DNA from: Octopus bimaculoides
Lineage: Eukaryota
Length of the DNA: 64,000 bases
Reading direction: 5' to 3'
NCBI RefSeq assembly: GCF_001194135.2
Contig: NC_068984.1
Span: 4,734,477 to 4,798,476, forward strand
Under the pieces are notes generated by a model. It was not told the origin of the DNA. It did not search any database and saw nothing but the letters and a program-made list of their open reading frames with translations. A program made the translations under genes and the position numbers. Below are positions 12,201 to 24,060 of this stretch, piece after piece; the first letter of the stretch is position 1; every line of letters begins with the position of its first letter.

Positions 12201-12401
12201 AATAGTTGCTTAAATAGAAACGCAATTTCTTGACTTCTCTTTTATGGAGTTGGCGACGTTTTTATAATGATACAAGTACGAGAACCAGAATTGAATGCTA
12301 AAATGTGAGCTTGAAGCAGTCGTCTTTGCACGTTTTGTTCACAAAGGTTTTATAAACGAAAGAACATAAGAGTAAATGTTTTCTTCAAACTTTCATCAAA
12401 T

Positions 12402-12662
12402 ATTATGGAGATGTACTTGCATAGCAAGTGACCTGATCTGAGATCGTGTGCTGGAGCGAAAAGAATTGCAGCGTGGAAGGTGTTTATAAGCCATTTAAGA
12501 AACACACAAAAACCGTTAGATTCACTTCAACATTTAAATATAATTTGTCAAAATATTTTCGTCGCTTTGAGACCGCGACCTGTTCACCGACAAAATTCCG
12601 TGATGCAGCACGGAGTGTTTCTTAAATGGCTTATAAACACCTTCCACGCTGCAATTGTTTTC
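12402..12662 (-). mobile_element. ~200-bp Penelope pseudo-LTR-like element with HHR and a 5' inverted duplication
   Basis: 12402-12607 is highly similar to 43135-43339. 12464-12505 is the exact reverse complement of 12615-12656 (42 bp). Confidence 0.65.
12544..12594 (-). ncRNA. Minimal type I hammerhead-like motif, G3:C8 variant
   Basis: Minus strand: UUUGUCG-GUGAACA-G-GUCGC-ggucucaaa-GCGAC-GAAA-AUAUU-U-UGACAAA. Stem I is 7 bp (one G.U), stem II is 5 bp, stem III is the palindrome AAUAUU. Confidence 0.6.
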
Positions 12663-12863
12663 ATTAAATATTTCCAAAAGAATCCACACAGAGGAAACTT
12701 CGACAGAAAACCAGTTTTGGTTTAGCAGCCGATGATCGGAAATGAGTAACTCCGAGTAACGGAAATCGGAGCCTTTCAGTGATAATGTATTCGAAACTGT
12801 ATTTGTATTGAGTTATGTAAAACAGAGACAGGGAGAGAGAGAAAAAAAAAAGAAAGAGAGAGA

Positions 12864-12909
<46 letters not shown>

Positions 12910-12989
12910 CAGAGTAAAAGAAGAGATGGAAACAACAAACTTTTACATCGTCTCAGAAAAATTTGCTGCATCTGATGAGGAATGCAGGA

Positions 12990-13664
12990 CCATAGGAGCT
13001 TCATGCTAGACAGGAAGTAGTAGGAGAGAGAAACAGTGCTAGAGTGGTAGAAGGGGAGATGAATGAAATGAGGACAAGCGTGAAGTGATAGGATAAGATG
13101 AAGTGAGAGGGGAGTTGAAGGATAAGAAAGAGATTTCTGAACTAAGAAGAGATGGAGGTGTAAAGTATGAACCGTTGTCTCCTCTGTTTTCCGGAGATGT
13201 CGCACACTGATAAGTGAGTAATAGTGTTGAAGTGGGTGGCCGCAATGAAACTGCCGTGAGGAGTGGAAAGTCTAACGTTTCGGACAGAGTCTTTCATCAG
13301 GAAGTAGTGTTGATGTGGGTGGCTGCAGACATAGTTGCATACTTCAGATGTGCACCTGAAAGCGATCAGCAGTGCACCTGTTTTCCTAAAGTGTGTCGCA
13401 AAGTTTGCACATGATACAATAAAGTTGGGCGATGTGTAACAGAAGTGCTAGGTAATGTGATATTGTGACATAGGTCCAGTGATGGTTGTAGTTACTAACA
13501 AAGAGGAGAGTGTAGCATTTTCGGTGAGCGCATTTAAAAGTGCCTTCTAGTGCATCCTTGGTCCTACGTTCCTTTTCAGTTGCAGCCAGGAATGAAATTA
13601 AAGAGATTTTACATTCGGGGTTGTAAAGCTGTTGTCTTTCTTTAATTTCATTCTTGTCAACTTT
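12990..13664 (-). pseudogene. Penelope-like GIY-YIG endonuclease remnant and 3' region
   Basis: Across frameshifts: GTFKCAHRKCYT...GPMSQYHIT..LYCIMCKLCDTL..GKTGALL.DRFQVHI...AATHFN. This is the Cys-rich plus GIY-YIG signature of PLE endonucleases. Confidence 0.7.
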
Positions 13665-13710
13665 TTCCTGATGAAAGACTCTGTCCGAAACGTTAGACTT
13701 TCCACTCCTC
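13665..13710 (+). ncRNA. HHR-like core in a 46-bp segment with an exact inverted copy at 13258-13303
   Basis: CUGAUGA-A-AGAC-ucu-GUCC-GAAAC-GUU with palindromic AACGUU. Stem I is poorly formed, so the motif is probably inactive. Confidence 0.45.
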
Positions 13711-14329
13711 TCAGGAAATTTCCCTGTAGTCTTTCTGTAGATTTTTACTAAATAATACAAGTCTAGACCAACACAAGTCTATTTGGATTGTATTCTATTG
13801 CACGCGTGCGTATATGCATGTGTATGCAATATATGCATGCATGTATGTATGTATGTATGTATACCTTTCTTTTCCTGATGAATCCTCTGTACCTCTTTAC
13901 GCTGTTGCTCCCGCACGCATCGCTTGTTGTCGTTGTTGTTGTTGTGCAATCTTAAATCAACCTTAATCCAGTAGACAATCCAGCCATGACCATCCCCTGT
14001 TTTTCTCCAGACAAAGTGCAATCAATCCGCTCCACATCTTCCGAGTGTTCATCTTTAAAGTGGTAAGGTGCGTAATTTGGGATCACATTTTGGTTTTTAG
14101 CTGCTGTTTCTAACAGATCGTGCAGCTACGTAGAAAACTGCTCACTGTCTCCTGTTTGCATGACAAGAACGAGAACAACAACAACAGTAATAATAACAGA
14201 AACGACGACAACAACAACAACAACAACAACAGAAATAACCGCTACAACAACAAATTGCTTAATTAACATCTCTCTGTGTTAAGGAAATGGAAGAATGTTA
14301 TACGTTTCACACATCAAATATTTACCAGC

Positions 14330-14593
14330 CTCTTCTTCTTCTTCTTCTTCTTCTTCTTCTTCTTCTTCTTCTTCTTCTTCTTCTTCTTCTTTTCCTCCTC
14401 TTCCTCCTCCTCTTTTGATTCTCCTTTTCCTTTATTTTTTTTCTTCAAATTTTCTTCTATGACGTATCAGTTGCTATGGTGATCAGGATTTCTAATGACT
14501 TGGTAATGCTTCCCTCCATCCAGCTCTCTCTCTCTCTTCATCCTCCTCTCTCATCTCCTCTCCCTCTCTCCACCTCTCTCTCCTCTGTCTCTC

Positions 14594-14650
<57 letters not shown>

Positions 14651-15350
14651 TCATTCGGGTTTTCTCTCGTTCAAATAATCGTTTCTTTCCCTCTCATAGT
14701 CTGCTCCTCTTTCAAATCTTTCTTTCTTTCATTCCACATTTTCTCTTCTACCTCCTCCTTCTCCCTCCACTTATATTCCCCACATATCTTCTCTCTGTCT
14801 CTCTCCTTCTCTCTCTCTGTCTCTCCTTCTCTCTCTCTCCCCTCTCTTCCTATCTGCTCTCACCACAACCAATTCTCCGTCCCTTTCTCTCTTTTTAGCT
14901 CAGTCTCCCCTCACTTCTCTCTTCGTTATCTTCACTTCTCTTTCCACCTTCTTTTATCTTCCCCTCGATCCTCCTCCTCCTCCTCCTCCTCCTTACTCCT
15001 CCCTTATCCCCATCTTTCTTAATTCCAAACCCCTTCCTTTTATTTTGTTTTTTACTCTTCTCTCTCTGTCTCTCTTCCTCTCTTCTCTCTCTATTCTCCC
15101 ACCTCTCACCTTACATACTTTCACACAAATACATTTATGCATACACACGTGTCCCCACACCCCACACACTCACCCCTCTCTCTCTCTCCCTCTCTCTCTC
15201 TCCCTCTCTCTCTCAGTCTCTCTGTCNNNNNNNNNNNNNNNNCACACACTCACCCCTCTCTCTCTCTCCCTCTCTCTCTCTCCCTCTCTCTCTCAGTCTC
15301 TCTGTCTCTCTCTCAGTCCCCAGTCTCTCTCCTTCTATTCTACCTGATAA
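14330..15350 (+). repeat. ~1-kb polypyrimidine low-complexity tract with (TTC)n, (TA)n, (TCC)n and (CT)n
   Basis: The + strand is nearly all C/T apart from the (TA)n block at ~14598-14645 and a short CA-rich stretch. Confidence 0.9.
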
Positions 15351-15547
15351 CACTCCATAGCCAAACTCTAAGCCGTTCTTCCTTCTAATTATCTTAACGT
15401 TTGTATTGTTGTAAGCGACTCGGTGTGGAGCTTGTTTGATGTATACGTTGGTGTACTCTGTTACTTTTGATGTAGTGTATTGGCGTGCGTAACCGATTGA
15501 TGTGATGTCTATATGTCTGATGTGTCTTGTTGCGTTGAGGTGATGTC

Positions 15548-16136
15548 TGATGCAGCATTTCAGTGTGTTACAAATTTGTTTGATGCAGCATTTTGCTGTA
15601 TTACAAATATGTTTGATGAGGCATTTTGATGTATTACAAAGCTGTTTGATGCAGCATTTTGGTTTTTTACACTGTTTGATACTGCATTTTGGTGTGTTAC
15701 AATGTTGTTTGATGCAGCATGTTGGTGCGTTACAAAGTGGTTTGATGTAGCATGTTAGTGCGTTACAAAATTGTTTGATGAGTATTTTTGCGTGTTACAA
15801 AGGAAAGGATGCATCATTTTGGTGTGTTACAAAGCTGTTTGATGCAGCGCTTAGATGTTTTACAATGCTGTTTGATGTAGCATTTTGGTGGGTTGCGAAG
15901 GTATTTGATGCATTATTTTGGTGTGTTACGAAGTTGCTTGATGCAGCATCTTGGTGTGTTACAAAACTGTGTGATGTAGCATTTTGGTGTATTGTGAAGC
16001 TGCTTGATGCTGCATTTGTGTGTGTTACAAAGCTGTTTAATGCAGCATTTTGATGTGTTACGAAGCTGTTTGATGCAACACTTTGATTTGTTGCGAAGCT
16101 GTTTGATGCAACATTTTGGCGCGTTGCGCCGCTTTC
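15548..16136. repeat. 33-bp minisatellite, 18 units, consensus TGATGCAGCATTTTGGTGTGTTACAAAGCTGTT
   Basis: 16 units of 33 bp plus one of 30 and one of 31 account for all 589 bp. Degenerate units extend to ~15415 and ~16600. Confidence 0.95.
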
Positions 16137-17655
16137 TGATATAGTGTGGTGGGTAACTCTTTGATGTGTGTCAGTGTGATTTGATTTGTTACTTTTGATG
16201 TAGTGTTTATTTGTCTGTGTCTGATGTGCGTTGGGTGCGGCGTAAAGTAGTTTGATGTGTTGTGTTAGTGTTATGTTTAGCTGTTTGCTGTAATGTATTG
16301 GTGTGTGGTACTATTTGATGCGGTATTTTGATGCGTTGTTAATCTGTTTGAAGTCATGTGGTGCGTAAGGAGTATGATGTAGTGTTTTGTAAACATTTGA
16401 TGTAGTGCGTTGGGTGTGGTTAATAGACATTTGATGTTAGGTGTATTATGCGTAGGTTTTTGATAAGGTGTCTTGGTGTGAGGTGTAGGAATTTGATGTT
16501 ATGTGTGACTGTTCGATATCATAGTATGGATGAGTACAGTAGTTCATTGATGAAGTGTATAGCTGTTTGATGTGTTGTGTAACAGATTTAGTGTTGTTTA
16601 ACTCCAAGTCGGTTTTTATCGGAGATGTTGCACCAAGACACATAATTATCTGCTTAAATTAACTGACCTTGATAGTTGAACTGCTGACCTCTAGATAACT
16701 AGAACAGTGGCACTGACAACCAGAACTCACCCACCCTGTTCAGTTAAACTGCTGATCTCTTCCACACACACACACACACACACACATACACACAAAAGAA
16801 TTACATATATACACAATGGAAGATATTGTTTTCATGTTAATTTTTTTTTAGTAAATTAACGAATAATCCGCCAATTTTCGTGGAAAATTTACCACTCTTC
16901 CAAATTTTGTAACCTTGGAATTATTGGTCTGCGTATCCTTCAATACTGATTTCTTTTTTCTTTTTTATTAATATTTCCATTTTGCTTCAATATTTCATTA
17001 GATTCACTTATTTTTTGTCTTTTCTTTAAATGGATCTTCGTTTTCTTGAGTGAAGGTGGATTCACCGAAAGCCTTTTAAAACCTATCCACGCTTACTGTC
17101 TCTGGGTTTCCTTGTACATCCAATACCATTGTTTTTTCTTTTATTGATAATATTTTGTAAGTTCGTATTTATCTCGGACACAATGAATAATGAGTAGCAT
17201 CATTTCGTAGGAAAACATGTGTCCACGTCTTAATATCTGATTGGAATATAAGTCTTTGTTGTCTGTAAACGAGTTGGAAAAGTACATAAATTTGACATAA
17301 ATTATTTAAGTGTTGATAACACAATCTGTAGGATTATTTAGCATAGGAACTGATTCTTCAAACATTTGACCTGGTAAGGTCAACGGAGAACCATATATGG
17401 TTCCTAGTTATTACATAATGAGCAACTTGGGAATAAGAACCCTTCACAGCTCTTTCAACTTACATCCTGTTTTCCGAAAAATGGAAGGTGTATTAGATAA
17501 TACAGTCTTAGCTAGACATTTTGTTTGAATATGATCTTCTTGATCAAGGTTCATATAAAGTTACTAAAGTTACAAGCCCGTCGTCTATATATGTGTGTGT
17601 GTGTATAGATACATATAAATGCATACATACACACACACACACATATATATGTATG

Positions 17656-17708
<53 letters not shown>

Positions 17709-18571
17709 NNNNNNNNNNNNNNNNNNNNNNNNNNNNNNNNNNNNNNNNNNNNNNNNNNNNNNNNNNNNNNNNNNNNNNNNNNNNNNNNNNNNNNNNNNNN
17801 NNNNNNNNNNNNNNNNNNNNNNNNNNNNNNNNNNNNNNNNNNNNNNNNNNNNNNNNNNNNNNNNNNNNNNNNNNNNNNNNNNNNNNNNNNNNNNNNNNNN
17901 NNNNNNNNNNNNNNNNNNNNNNNNNNNNNNNNNNNNNNNNNNNNNNNNNNNNNNNNNNNNNNNNNNNNNNNNNNNNNNNNNNNNNNNNNNNNNNNNNNNN
18001 NNNNNNNNNNNNNNNNNNNNNNNNNNNNNNNNNNNNNNNNNNNNNNNNNNNNNNNNNNNNNNNNNNNNNNNNNNNNNNNNNNNNNNNNNNNNNNNNNNNN
18101 NNNNNNNNNNNNNNNNNNNNNNNNNNNNNNNNNNNNNNNNNNNNNNNNNNNNNNNNNNNNNNNNNNNNNNNNNNNNNNNNNNNNNNNNNNNNNNNNNNNN
18201 NNNNNNNNNNNNNNNNNNNNNNNNNNNNNNNNNNNNNNNNNNNNNNNNNNNNNNNNNNNNNNNNNNNNNNNNNNNNNNNNNNNNNNNNNNNNNNNNNNNN
18301 NNNNNNNNNNNNNNNNNNNNNNNNNNNNNNNNNNNNNNNNNNNNNNNNNNNNNNNNNNNNNNNNNNNNNNNNNNNNNNNNNNNNNNNNNNNNNNNNNNNN
18401 NNNNNNNNNNNNNNNNNNNNNNNNNNNNNNNNNNNNNNNNNNNNNNNNNNNNNNNNNNNNNNNNNNNNNNNNNNNNNNNNNNNNNNNNNNNNNNNNNNNN
18501 NNNNNNNNNNNNNNNNNNNNNNNNNNNNNNNNNNNNNNNNNNNNNNNNNNNNNNNNNNNNNNNNNNNNNNN

Positions 18572-18609
<38 letters not shown>

Positions 18610-20997
18610 CATAATTTGCCGCAATCGGCCCATCGACAGATTAGAAAGCGTGTTTGAATGTGGAGGAAGAAGTATGTTTCTTCTTCCTCTTTTACTTTTT
18701 TTCAATATACCGAATACCTCGGGTTACGAATTGATGTGGATAAATGAAGGTAAATATATTTTATAGCTATTATATTTTTTCTTAAAATATGGTATATACA
18801 ACTGAAGATCGGAAAATTTGCTTCTAAATTAAATTAATTTAAAAAAAACTGATTTATTTAGTTTGTACATTAATAAGTACTAGGCTTCCAAAGAATAAGT
18901 CCTTTTTGAGTTTACGAAACACAGAAACAATATTTATACACCACCTGATGAAACATAACAAGATCTCATGGGATACGGTTACATAAACAAATACCTGCGA
19001 ACAAGTAGAACTACGTTGTGTAGAAACAACTGCAGTGATTACAAATGAATGTTCCTATGAAGGGTACATTAGATAATGTGATCCTAGATATAATATGTCT
19101 GAAGGGTACATCAAATGGTGTAGCCCTATATATACTATGTGAAAGTTTGTAAGCTTTCCTAACCTCTTATAGGTGTGCCCAGTCTATTTGTAGTTTGTGG
19201 TTCAAATTTCAGTTCGCTGGCTGAATATAATTTTCGTCAGAGAAACTGTTCGCTACACAATTTGCTCGTTTAGAGTACTGTGCGTGTGCGCTCATCCAGC
19301 CACTTATCCGCGCGTACATTCTAGTGGTGGTTCGTTGTTCAAATTTCAGTTCGCTAAGTCAATGAACTCCCATTGACTTATACATATGCATAGTGTGCTC
19401 GGGATTCGTTGATCAACTTTCAGCTGATGCGAGTTGAACTTTCTTCAGAAAAACGGGGCGTTATTCAATTTGTCCGTTTAAGAACTGTTCGTATATGCGT
19501 ACACCATTGCATGCATTGAAGAATTTTAAGGTTAACCGATTTTATGTTATACATATTTAGTTTAACCAAGATAGCTCAGTAAAATATTCATTTAATCGCT
19601 TCATTATTTTCATTATTCACTGCGGACTATTAAAGCAGTTTGATTTTATTCTCTTCGGTCAACACTCAAATACTTTTACGCATTCAATTTCGATTGCGTT
19701 CATTCTCCCCGCTGAATTGTCTCGAAATAGACCCGAAAGAATTTGTAATCATTTATAGTCGGTTGTTTAACGGACGATCTCTACATTTGACTAATGAGCT
19801 TAATGTATTGCTTCAGAATGTAACTGGAGAGGGAGATTAAATGAAGCAGTTTGAGAAACCGAAAATGCTAGAAAGTGGTCAACAGAATGAGGAGGGAACA
19901 TTTAAAATAAAACGGAAATGATGTCAGCAGAGTTTCAGGAGCATACATACATAGAGAGAGATATATATAGAGAGAGAGCGGGAGAGAGAAGGAGGTAAGG
20001 ATGGAAGGATGGAGGGAGGTAGACATTAAATAAAAGAGGAAACTACGTCATGTAGGAGCTTCAGAGAAAGAGGAAATGACGTCAGAAGAAAAGGAAACAG
20101 CATTAGAGAGTACATATGTAATAAGGAAATGACGCCACGTAGTGGAGATAATGTGAAAGGAAACAGCGAGACAAGAGTGGGAGAAGATAGGGTGAGGAAG
20201 TAAAAGAGTTAGAAATAGATGTGTTGAGAGGAAATTCTCTTAACCAAAGTTCGTAGCTTTCATTTGCTTTCTCCAATGTTCTAGAAGAATAGGAAACGAA
20301 CAATTTGTTGGTCGAAAGTTGAAGTTTAACTTAATTTATTTGACTAGCTTACACTGATATTAACCCGACTCTCTCTCCCTGTCTCTGTGTCTGTCTCCCA
20401 CATCACAGATAACATACATACACACACACACAAATAATGTCTCCTCCCTTTCTACTTGGGTTGTAAAAATCTAATTCATCAATTCGTTAGTTGAGATCAA
20501 TTGATTAAACGTTTTCAAGCGACTCGATCTAGAGACAATGCATCAACAGACTTAAGATTTCATTTGGAAAACTGTCTGATTGAGAAGAAAGCATTGTTTC
20601 AGTTCAAGAAACTACTTAACCTCTATAAATCTTGGAATAGAATTACGGTTCAATCATTCGGAATGGTGTCGCTTTAGTCAGTCTGGATGTAATCTATAGG
20701 CTACCCGAAAGATTTAGATTCTAAAAAAAGAAAGCAGAAACCACCGCAATGGGTTCTTAGGTCCTTCACATCAATGCTCCCTCTCTCCTCCCTCTTTCTA
20801 TCTCCCTCTCTCTTCCCTCTTTCTATCTCCCCTCTCCTCCCTCTCTCTATATTTCCATATATGGACCACCTGAAATAACATTTATTTTATGAACTTTCTC
20901 ACTTTATACACCTCTTACAACAATAAATTCGTTTTAATTGTTAAGTAGCAATAATTATTCCTACAAATATTTTTGTGTAGTTCCAACACAATTCTAT

Positions 20998-21200
20998 CTT
21001 TTGTCTTTTACTTGTTTCAGTCATTAGACTCTGGCCATGCCTCGGCACCACCTTCAAATGTTTTAGTCAAACAAATCGATCCCCAGTACTTAGTTTTAAG
21101 TCTGGTTTTTATTCTATTAGTCTCTATTGTCGGGCGCTAAGTTACAGGGGAGTGAAAAAAAATCCAATACCGGTTGTCAAGCGATGGTAGAAGGACAAAC
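20998..21200 (-). mobile_element. SINE family A right arm
   Basis: TTTTACTTGTTTCAGTCATTAGACTCTGGCCATGC...CCGGTTGTCAAGCGATGG. Confidence 0.75.
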
Positions 21201-21639
21201 AAAAGAAGCGAACGAGATACACATATACAACATGATTCCACACAGTGTCCACAAACCATTCCACTCATAGTGCATTGACTTCCCATGTGGCTGGAAAACA
21301 AGCTTTTTATCACACAATGGAGGGCGTGCAGAATTGCTGGTTAATTCGTCTATTTTTCTACGGATTGCGGCAGAAAACCCTCCCATATTTTTCTACTGTA
21401 CCCTGTCGCTAGTGACGTCAGGCAGGTGGTAATGATGTGTTAATGCAGTTGATATTTTACTGTTTTTGTCTTTTAGTTACCATCATGGTCTGAACTGGTG
21501 CACAACGTGCGTTTGCTCTTGAATCTTTTTTCAGGAACCATGAATCTAAGGTTTTTTTTGCTGAACCCAGTATTTACATTTGGTTGATTTTCCTCAATTT
21601 CAAACTTAAATCAAGTGTACTCTTTTATTGTTTAATCCT

Positions 21640-22240
21640 TCATCTTGTAAACTTTCTACAGTTTTTAACCTTATATCTTGGTGAACTCCTCAAGGTTTCT
21701 ATCTCCCATTTGGTAAACTCACCACAGTTTCTTGTTGGTTAGTTGCCATCCGGCAAACACTCCTTTATTTCTGCCTTTCAACCGGCAATTTCTCCTCTCT
21801 TTCTAGTTTACATCTGGTGACGAACCCTCTCATTATTTCCTCTTTACATCTGGTCAATTATCTTATACTTTAACCCAACATCTGGTGAACTCTCCCTCTC
21901 TAACTTACGTCTGGTCAACATTCCGCTGTTTTCTCTTTACATTTGATGAATCCCCCCTATTTCTATCACACATCTGGTGAGCCTCCCCTCCTTCTAGCTT
22001 ACATCTGGCGAACTCACTGTTTTTTCCTTACATTTATTCAAACTCTCTTCTATTTCTACCCTACATCTGGAGAACTCTCCATTTCTAACTTACTTACATC
22101 TCATCAATACTCCGCTGTTTCCTCTACATTTGGTGAACGCTTGCTGTTTCTGCTTTACATCTGGTAGGCTTTCCTCTATATTGTACCTTACAACTGGTTA
22201 ACTCGCCCATGTTTCTATCTTACATCTGGTCAATTGTCTT
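21640..22240. repeat. Degenerate ~31-32-bp minisatellite (core TTACATCTGGTGAACTC), ~18 units
   Basis: ACATCTGG/ACATTTGG recurs every 29-35 bp. Confidence 0.85.
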
Positions 22241-23082
22241 CACCATATAAAATTAATCATCTTGTTTCCGCAACGAAAGGTTTTCTCACGTTCGAGTCTT
22301 TGTTCATGGACGTGTTTAATATGATTGTACACATCTTTATTTCATTCAACGCTGTTTCGTGTATCTATAATTACTTAATACTCTCAAATCGCTGTTTTTC
22401 TGTTTTTTGTTTTTGTTGTATTGAATTTTTTTTTAATATATTCTTAATGAAATTCAGAGTTTGTGAAGCATCAGTAAGTTCAAGTGTAGATTTTTAGCCC
22501 ATGGTCAGCCTTGATTGAGCTGCCTTTTGATCATATTGTCCCTTCATATAACAAGGTTTACATTGTGCAACGTTTCCGTCCTTTAGCTAGGTGGTAGGCT
22601 GTAATTAGAATAAAATTGGTCGCTATTTCTAGCAGGTCGTGTGACACTGGCAACACCCCTTCGTTGCTTTTTTCTATAAGTTTATTTGGCGTAAGGAATG
22701 GTCAATTCTGACATTTCTAAGAAAAGTTCTTCGACAGAGTGAACAAGTAAAAGATTGGATTGTCGTTTGAGAATCTCACTCAATTAAACTATGTTAATAA
22801 TCATGTTTAATAATTCAATAAAATATATTTTTATTGCCTGACTAATAAACAAGAACAGTGTGGTTAGCAAATGTTTTCTTTTATCTTGATGCTTTCATAA
22901 ATTGTAATTCTATAAAATTACGGCTGCTTTTTATGTCATTCTTTTTTTAAAGAATACAAAAGGTCTTTGATGAAACGAAATACTTTACGGCATAATCTTA
23001 GTTCTTTGAGTTTGAATATCGACGTTTAAAAGTTTTGTCTGAAAGTAGCAAAACTGTAAACGAATGAACAAAATGAGAGAGA

Positions 23083-23160
<78 letters not shown>

Positions 23161-23423
23161 TAAACATATATTTTATATCAATATAATGCTAATACTATGA
23201 CAGTCATGTCACAATTATTAACTCATATACATTATTGAGGTAACATCAAAGCGAGTAATATCAGAAACAACAAAACAAGCAGTATTTTTAGAAAATTAAG
23301 AGAAGACAAGTCAGAAAGACGACAATTAATAACTACAAGCGCTAACGTACTTGATATAACAAGCCAAGAAAATTTAACGTAATTAAAATTAGATATTTAG
23401 TGATGTTAACAATCATGTTTAAA

Positions 23424-23469
23424 ATGGCTGCGATTTGCTTTAGAGAGATAAAGCAAGGGAGGCAACGCT
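23424..23469 (+). CDS. Possible first coding exon (MAAICFREIKQGRQR, phase 1)
   Basis: AAAATGG start context, an in-frame upstream ATG at 23415, and a consensus donor GTAAGT at 23470-23475 in unique sequence. No matching downstream exon was identified. Confidence 0.3.
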
Positions 23470-23567
23470 GTAAGTTTGACTAATGAAAACACATTAGATT
23501 TACAGCTATTATTGCGTTAAAAGAGACATAAAGACTGTCATCTTCTCTTAAATATTTATTGTTTAGA

Positions 23568-23607
23568 GTCAGAATTTTCGTCGCACCAACTACGGCCTAA
23601 TCACTGA
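23568..23607 (-). ncRNA. Degenerate type I HHR-like motif, G3.U8 variant
   Basis: Minus strand: UCA-GUGAUUA-G-GCCG-uaguuggug-CGAC-GAAA-AUU-C-UGAC. Palindromic AAUU, UUC triplet, one stem II mismatch. Confidence 0.45.
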
Positions 23608-23683
23608 TGCAGTTTCCCAGCAACTAGTTTTGGCGAATGTAAATGTTTTCATCTATATACCTGAACATCTATATACCTGAACA

Positions 23684-24060
23684 TTAGTTTCAAGGTTCAT
23701 CCAAGTCTGGGACCACGATCCATACGTCCCCTGCTCAATTCAGGATCACAACATATAGGTACACTGCGGCATAATTTCTTTTCCTCAACAGGCCATGCCC
23801 TGTTTAACATTGTTCCAAAAGAAATCAAAGAGGAAAAGGATCCCATCACCTTTAAGCGGAGTCTTGACAGATTTCTTCAAAGAATACCAGACAAGCCACC
23901 CATACCTGGATACAACTCACTCAATAAGAACTCACTACTTGAATGGACCAGAGACCAAACTTGACTGTAAAAAGGATTTAGATAATCCTATCAGGTGGTG
24001 CTATTAAGTTAGGCATGGCCTGGACCAATCTTTGGTCGAAACATATCTAAGTTTATTTAT
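23684..24060 (+). mobile_element. CR1-clade LINE 3' fragment
   Basis: FKVHPSLGPRSIRP...TLRHNFFSSTGHALFNIVPKEIKEEKDPITFKRSLDRFLQRIPDKP..GYNSLNKNSLLEW (one frameshift) is a typical CR1 ORF2 C-terminus followed by a short 3' UTR. Confidence 0.8.

Noticed and set aside
12968-12995. CTGATGAG hammerhead-like word (also at ~4284, ~13876, ~18946)
   Set aside because: No downstream stem II plus GAAA, so no hammerhead fold.
15548-16136. CRISPR-like regular ~33-bp periodicity
   Set aside because: Units are contiguous with no unique spacers, there are no cas genes, and the context is eukaryotic.
17045-17075. HHR-like GGTG-gatt-CACC-GAAAGC
   Set aside because: The core heptamer is too degenerate (TTGAGTGA) and stem I is absent; counted only as a weak relic.
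17521-18766. Long ORFs of 200-380 aa in the ORF track (also 29931-30914, 35466-35816, 52097-52882, 53954-54753)
   Set aside because: They consist of X residues from N gaps plus flanking microsatellites and are not evidence of coding.
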